Shown here in pieces: positions 60,901 through 64,000 of a DNA stretch of 64,000 nt (positions are counted from its first letter, which is position 1; the number at the start of each line of letters is the position of its first letter). The notes under the pieces are model-generated. The model saw nothing but the letters and a program-made list of their open reading frames with translations. It ran no database searches and was not told where the DNA came from. The DNA comes from an uncultured virus (IMG/VR IMGVR_UViG_3300029705_002947) (Duplodnaviria > Heunggongvirae > Uroviricota > Caudoviricetes), in the IMG/VR virus record IMGVR_UViG_3300029705_002947; one strand, given 5' to 3'. The translations under genes and the position numbers were made by a program.

Positions 60901-62598
60901 GTTGTTGCACCTAAAGATTATTATTTAGCAACAATGCAACCAACAGATTCTTCATTTATAAATGTATATCATAATATAACAGGTATGAAACTTTTCGCTA
61001 TAGTTTCTTCTGATAAATTTAAATTCGCTGGTCATAATAGTATTAACGAAGAGTGTTTATTGACATCAGGAGTTGCGTCAAACGTTCATGTTATATTAAA
61101 TAAATCTAGATTGGTATACGATAATGTTGAAGGAGTTAAAGCTTGGCTTAAAGCAAATCCGATTACATTAGTATATGAACTAGCAAATCCTTACTATGAA
61201 TTAGTAAAACCAAACGTAGGTCTTTTAAATGCAGAACAAGGACTTTATTTAAATATTTCAGATTCTGTTGTTCCTGTAGTAAATCATCAAGACCTTTGTA
61301 CATTAAAACTTAACTATTTACTTCCTAATGTAGAATATAAAGTTAAATTTAAAGCTAATAGTTCAGGTTCAATCGCTATTAATCTAGGAGGTACTTTAGT
61401 TCCTTTAGATGTAGTAGAAGGATGGAATGAAGTCATGGTTACTACACCAGAAACTTTAGTAGATGAATACTTAAAAGTAAATGGTTCAGAAGGTATAAAA
61501 ATACAAAATGTTATGGTAATAGATAGTAATAAAGATTTTGATTATTTCAAAGGTATGAATAATACGTTTGATGAAATTCCTGTTAAGAATATGTGTACTA
61601 ATAGGACTTTAACTTATACTCATGGAGTAGATGAAGAAGGAGTAAGTCCTCAAGGAGAAATGAATGTAAATGTTAATAAAGGTAAAGTTGTTACTGTAAT
61701 AGGAAGAGTAAGTAATAATCCAGATAATTTACCTATAAGTATTAATTTATATAATGATACTGGTAGAGCTACTGGTAAGAACTTATTTAATCCAGAAATG
61801 TATAAAAATGCTCCTATGGTTAGAGGTACTTGTACATTAACACCAGAAGGTTCATTAATTGTAAGATCTAATCAAATAGCTCCTGATACATTTATTGACA
61901 ACTATATGAATATCGGTGTAGGAGCGGGAACTATAGGTAAGCCTATAAGTGACGGTTATAAAAAATATTTAATTCCTGTAAATGGAGGAGGATTGTATAC
62001 ATTCTCAACTATCATTCCAGACTGGTATAATACAAAAGGTGGTTTTGCGTCATATGATGCTTACGTACAATGCTACGACAGTAATTATACATTATTATTG
62101 TCGGATACTTATCAACATACAGGATTTATAGGTAGAAACCTTATACAAGACAAAGGTAATCATGATGATGCTTATTATTATACACAATTCAATTTACCTG
62201 CAAATACTGCTTATGTATTATGTAGATTAGATGTAAATGCTGGTATTGAGACTACTACTTTTACAAATATATTATTTGAAAAAGGAGATACTGGTTTTGA
62301 ACCATTCAGAAACTATGTAAACGATAATCCAATATTTATAAATCCTGATGAAAATGGTAACTTTGCCGTACAAATAAAAGCAGACCGTGATTATGCTAAT
62401 AGAATAGGATTTAATGTTGGAGATGCTTCTTCATGTGAAGCTAACGACCAAGTAATTATAACTGACCTTATGGTATTCGAAGGAGATATTCTTGATTGTC
62501 ACCCTACAACTTATGTAGACCCAGCAGATACTAGATATCTTGTTGAATATAAATCATTCGGAAATCCATTCGGTTTTGGTAAAAATAAATTAATATAA
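57943..62598 (+). CDS. Second modular DUF285/BspA-like LRR protein (1551 aa), paralog of 44997..57848
   Basis: Two LRR blocks with the same N-cap (IAKYKFD.SIY...P.F) and C-cap (LRYIR...P.RT...G.LIT); shared QYDHITY...LSSPLLEGD, NP.T.VYELA.PY and terminal P..FGK motifs. Confidence 0.85.
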   Translation: MIIAKYKFDRSIYTNLIPIFDDWYTGYSINDIVDENNSNHIIRTIECDIVPSFIKFGFTNNTPTNTEAAAKSLIELLELNISGLTNLTHLFCNCNKLTSVNTSNWDTSNVTGMQSVFDNCRSLTSIDVSNWNTGNVDNMAFMFKGCHSLTSIDVSGWNVSNVNTMNAMFSYCESLVSLDVSKWDTKNVINMDSMFYYCKSLENLNVSNFDTSKVTTMGGMFNNCRSLTSLDVSKWNVSKVGEMYAMFSDCISLTDLDLANWDMSKVNTIGYMFDGKELGASINMPIVDLTSLDWSLVTDMQGTFYKNNAKAIKLPRIINPNLLSVISERNDGSFGLFYCPNLISLDFGGLDLSNLDSFSTANKHLVLEHVPKLRYIRTENAALIADLAQYFPARTEAEQGYLITKAEISDEIRSALSSKYWNIIDLEEQILIAKYKFSANVYKNNVPIFNSQFVNFFIEDEIENENEPNIITRSIFSINDIPTSIQFGVHWISESYELKHYPRTQSLRAVEYLNTSRIVSTNNMFRHCHNVTNIYASNWETCNFTNLNSTFENCSRLTSLDVSGWITDKVTDMEDMFRGCENLKTINGIENWNTDKVTTMMGMFQHCKVLSSINLSNFDTRNVNNMSNMFYQCHAITSLDVSGFDTSNVTNMLYMFQQCYNLTSLDVSNWNTSKVTNMGYMFSDCRSLTSLDVSNWDTSKVSQMSNMFYNCNKLTSIDVSKWDTCNVISMGGMFSDCHNLISVDVSNFNTNKVTDTWNMFCRCVKLDKIDVSKWNTSNIINPTSMFDSCESLTSIDVSKWVTSNMKFLKNMFEQCHRLKSVDVSNFDTRNVTDAQGMFSSCFELTSLDLSSFNTDRMVIMIQMIRSCKKLQMLDISNFNITDETDISGILNDYTTLSNIGMIYCNFKTVEKIASSVPATNPTTIWVGNHIDINGLPQYDHITYKVYEVEDKLEVELSSPLLEGDRLEIIDGDLYHYHKMGLEILNGVVAPKDYYLATMQPTDSSFINVYHNITGMKLFAIVSSDKFKFAGHNSINEECLLTSGVASNVHVILNKSRLVYDNVEGVKAWLKANPITLVYELANPYYELVKPNVGLLNAEQGLYLNISDSVVPVVNHQDLCTLKLNYLLPNVEYKVKFKANSSGSIAINLGGTLVPLDVVEGWNEVMVTTPETLVDEYLKVNGSEGIKIQNVMVIDSNKDFDYFKGMNNTFDEIPVKNMCTNRTLTYTHGVDEEGVSPQGEMNVNVNKGKVVTVIGRVSNNPDNLPISINLYNDTGRATGKNLFNPEMYKNAPMVRGTCTLTPEGSLIVRSNQIAPDTFIDNYMNIGVGAGTIGKPISDGYKKYLIPVNGGGLYTFSTIIPDWYNTKGGFASYDAYVQCYDSNYTLLLSDTYQHTGFIGRNLIQDKGNHDDAYYYTQFNLPANTAYVLCRLDVNAGIETTTFTNILFEKGDTGFEPFRNYVNDNPIFINPDENGNFAVQIKADRDYANRIGFNVGDASSCEANDQVIITDLMVFEGDILDCHPTTYVDPADTRYLVEYKSFGNPFGFGKNKLI

Positions 62599-62604
62599 AA
62601 CACT

Positions 62605-62627
62605 GAAGAGAAGCTTAGGCTTCTCTT
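62605..62627 (+). terminator. Intrinsic terminator
   Basis: gaagagaagc-ttag-gcttctcttc followed by ctttt. Confidence 0.7.
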
Positions 62628-62700
62628 CCTTTTATTGAACATCTTGATAAAACAATCTTATAATGATAAAATAAGTAAATTAAAAGGAGTTGAACTGTTT

Positions 62701-63948
62701 ATGAGTATGGTAGATAAAGAGAAGCTTGCAAGATTAGCACAAGCGTTGGATGATAGAGCTGATGTTAAAGTTGCTAAAGAAGCAGAGAGGGCAGCTCAAG
62801 CTGAAGCAGGTATACAAGCACATAGTGATGAAACTAGAAATATGCTTGGTGGTAAATCGCTTAAATATTTAACACAGGCAGAATATGATATTTTATCAGA
62901 GGAAGAAAAAAATAATGCAAATATTATTTACTATATAACAGACCTTGAAGATAGAAGTCATGACCATTATAATAAAGAGGTTCTTGATCTATTAAATGAA
63001 GAATTTGTTAAAAACCTAGGTAAAGGTCAGTTATTGGAAACAGTTATACCTGGAGAAGAAGGTTGGTATAGAGTTGCTTCCGTTATGGCAAATGGTACAG
63101 GTCTAATAAGTATACGATGCGAACATCATGGAGATTATATGCTTATGATTGGTAATGGTATACAAGATGAACCTAATATGATGCAATTAGGTATGAATTC
63201 TGCGGGTACACGTAGAAATAATATAGTAAGAGTTGTTCATAATCCTAATGAACTAGAAGCATACTTAGAACTTTTCTATGTTTATTCTGATGAGGAATCT
63301 CCTGTAAAAATACAAATATTAGGAGAATCAGAATGGAAATTACAAGAACCCGTACTTATATCATCAGTAGATGAAAATATTTACGATATAAAAGAAATGA
63401 ACTTAGTACCAGGTAAGATAGTTGGAGAATTTGAAGGCGTTATAGAAGAATGTAATAAATTAGCAAATGCTAGAAATATAATAGTAGGAAACTCTACTAA
63501 AGTATTTGACGGTACAGAAGATATATCATTTACATTAAATGAAATAGGTGCAACACCTAGAATGCATGAATCATTAACTACTGATAATAAAGTAGTTATA
63601 GATGCTATCAATGAATTAGATGCTGACTTAGGAGTTGTTGAACACGCATTAAATGGATATAAAATATGGGTTGGATCTACTGCAGAACTAGAAGCCATAG
63701 TTGAAAGAGATCCTATGACTTTATACTTTGAAATAAGTAATGACATTGTTGCTACTGAAATAAATCCAGAACCAGAAGTAATGCCAGGAATAGCAACTAC
63801 TGATATATTCGATGAATCTATACCTGCATACCCTGGAGAAATGGAAGAAATACCTCAAGATGTTATTCTTGTATCACCATCAGGATTTAAATATAGATTA
63901 AAAGTTGATGATTATGGTAATTTATTTACCGAAGCAGTGATAGAATAA
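62701..63948 (+). CDS. Tail-fibre-associated protein
   Basis: YLTQAEYD.L...IYYI, LANARNI....FDGTEDI, LTTDNK..DAINEL, IWVGS.AEL.AI..RDP.TLY and LVSPSG.KYRL.VDD.G.L fibre motifs; start reassigned to ATG 62701 after AAGGAG. Confidence 0.65.
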   Translation: MSMVDKEKLARLAQALDDRADVKVAKEAERAAQAEAGIQAHSDETRNMLGGKSLKYLTQAEYDILSEEEKNNANIIYYITDLEDRSHDHYNKEVLDLLNEEFVKNLGKGQLLETVIPGEEGWYRVASVMANGTGLISIRCEHHGDYMLMIGNGIQDEPNMMQLGMNSAGTRRNNIVRVVHNPNELEAYLELFYVYSDEESPVKIQILGESEWKLQEPVLISSVDENIYDIKEMNLVPGKIVGEFEGVIEECNKLANARNIIVGNSTKVFDGTEDISFTLNEIGATPRMHESLTTDNKVVIDAINELDADLGVVEHALNGYKIWVGSTAELEAIVERDPMTLYFEISNDIVATEINPEPEVMPGIATTDIFDESIPAYPGEMEEIPQDVILVSPSGFKYRLKVDDYGNLFTEAVIE

Positions 63949-64000
63949 CAACTACAAAACAATGAAATAAGAGAAAAGAAATAATTTTGAAAGTAAATTG

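Noticed and set aside
44997..62598. Diversity-generating retroelement acting on the LRR genes
   Set aside because: No reverse transcriptase in the window and no TR/VR pair differing only at adenines was seen; one elsewhere in the genome cannot be excluded.
1..64000. Alternative genetic code (stop-codon reassignment)
   Set aside because: The standard code gives full-length genes at high density, with TAA, TAG and TGA all used as stops next to RBSs or terminators.
1..64000. Bacterial chromosome or integrated prophage
   Set aside because: gyrA/gyrB, infA and the rpoB-like gene are highly diverged or split, lack bacterial synteny, share phage-type promoter motifs and are interleaved with virion and lysis genes; no integrase or att site was seen.

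Overview
Very AT-rich, densely coding 64-kb segment that reads as part of a jumbo phage genome of the phiKZ/AR9(PBS1)-like type. The host is probably a Firmicute (likely Clostridia), judged from strong GGAGG RBSs, a class B sortase with an xPxTG substrate and an Amidase_3+SH3 endolysin. The left 39 kb (mostly minus strand) encodes a RecA/UvsX-like recombinase (partial), IF-1, a split RNA polymerase beta C-terminal subunit, GyrA/GyrB-like topoisomerase II, an HNH endonuclease, RecD/Dda-like and DnaB-like helicases, SbcD and PD-(D/E)xK nucleases, many small hypothetical genes, probable virion genes and lysis genes. The right 25 kb (plus strand) holds a collagen-like fibre protein, two very large modular DUF285/BspA-type leucine-rich-repeat proteins (4283 and 1551 aa) and other fibre-associated genes. 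Two promoter-like motif classes are readable directly: AACA-N6-TR (22 copies, AR9 late-type) and a tripartite YGTAA-N9/10-TTTY-N6-ATATTAT-N4-RTGAA (6 copies, early-type). Most notable: a phage-encoded sortase + sortase substrate + lipoprotein module; antibody/VLR-like modular LRR proteins; a short synonymous GC-rich island inside one LRR gene; two candidate structured ncRNAs; and an unexplained intergenic TATGWTCC motif. All calls come from motif recognition by eye; no database searches were run.
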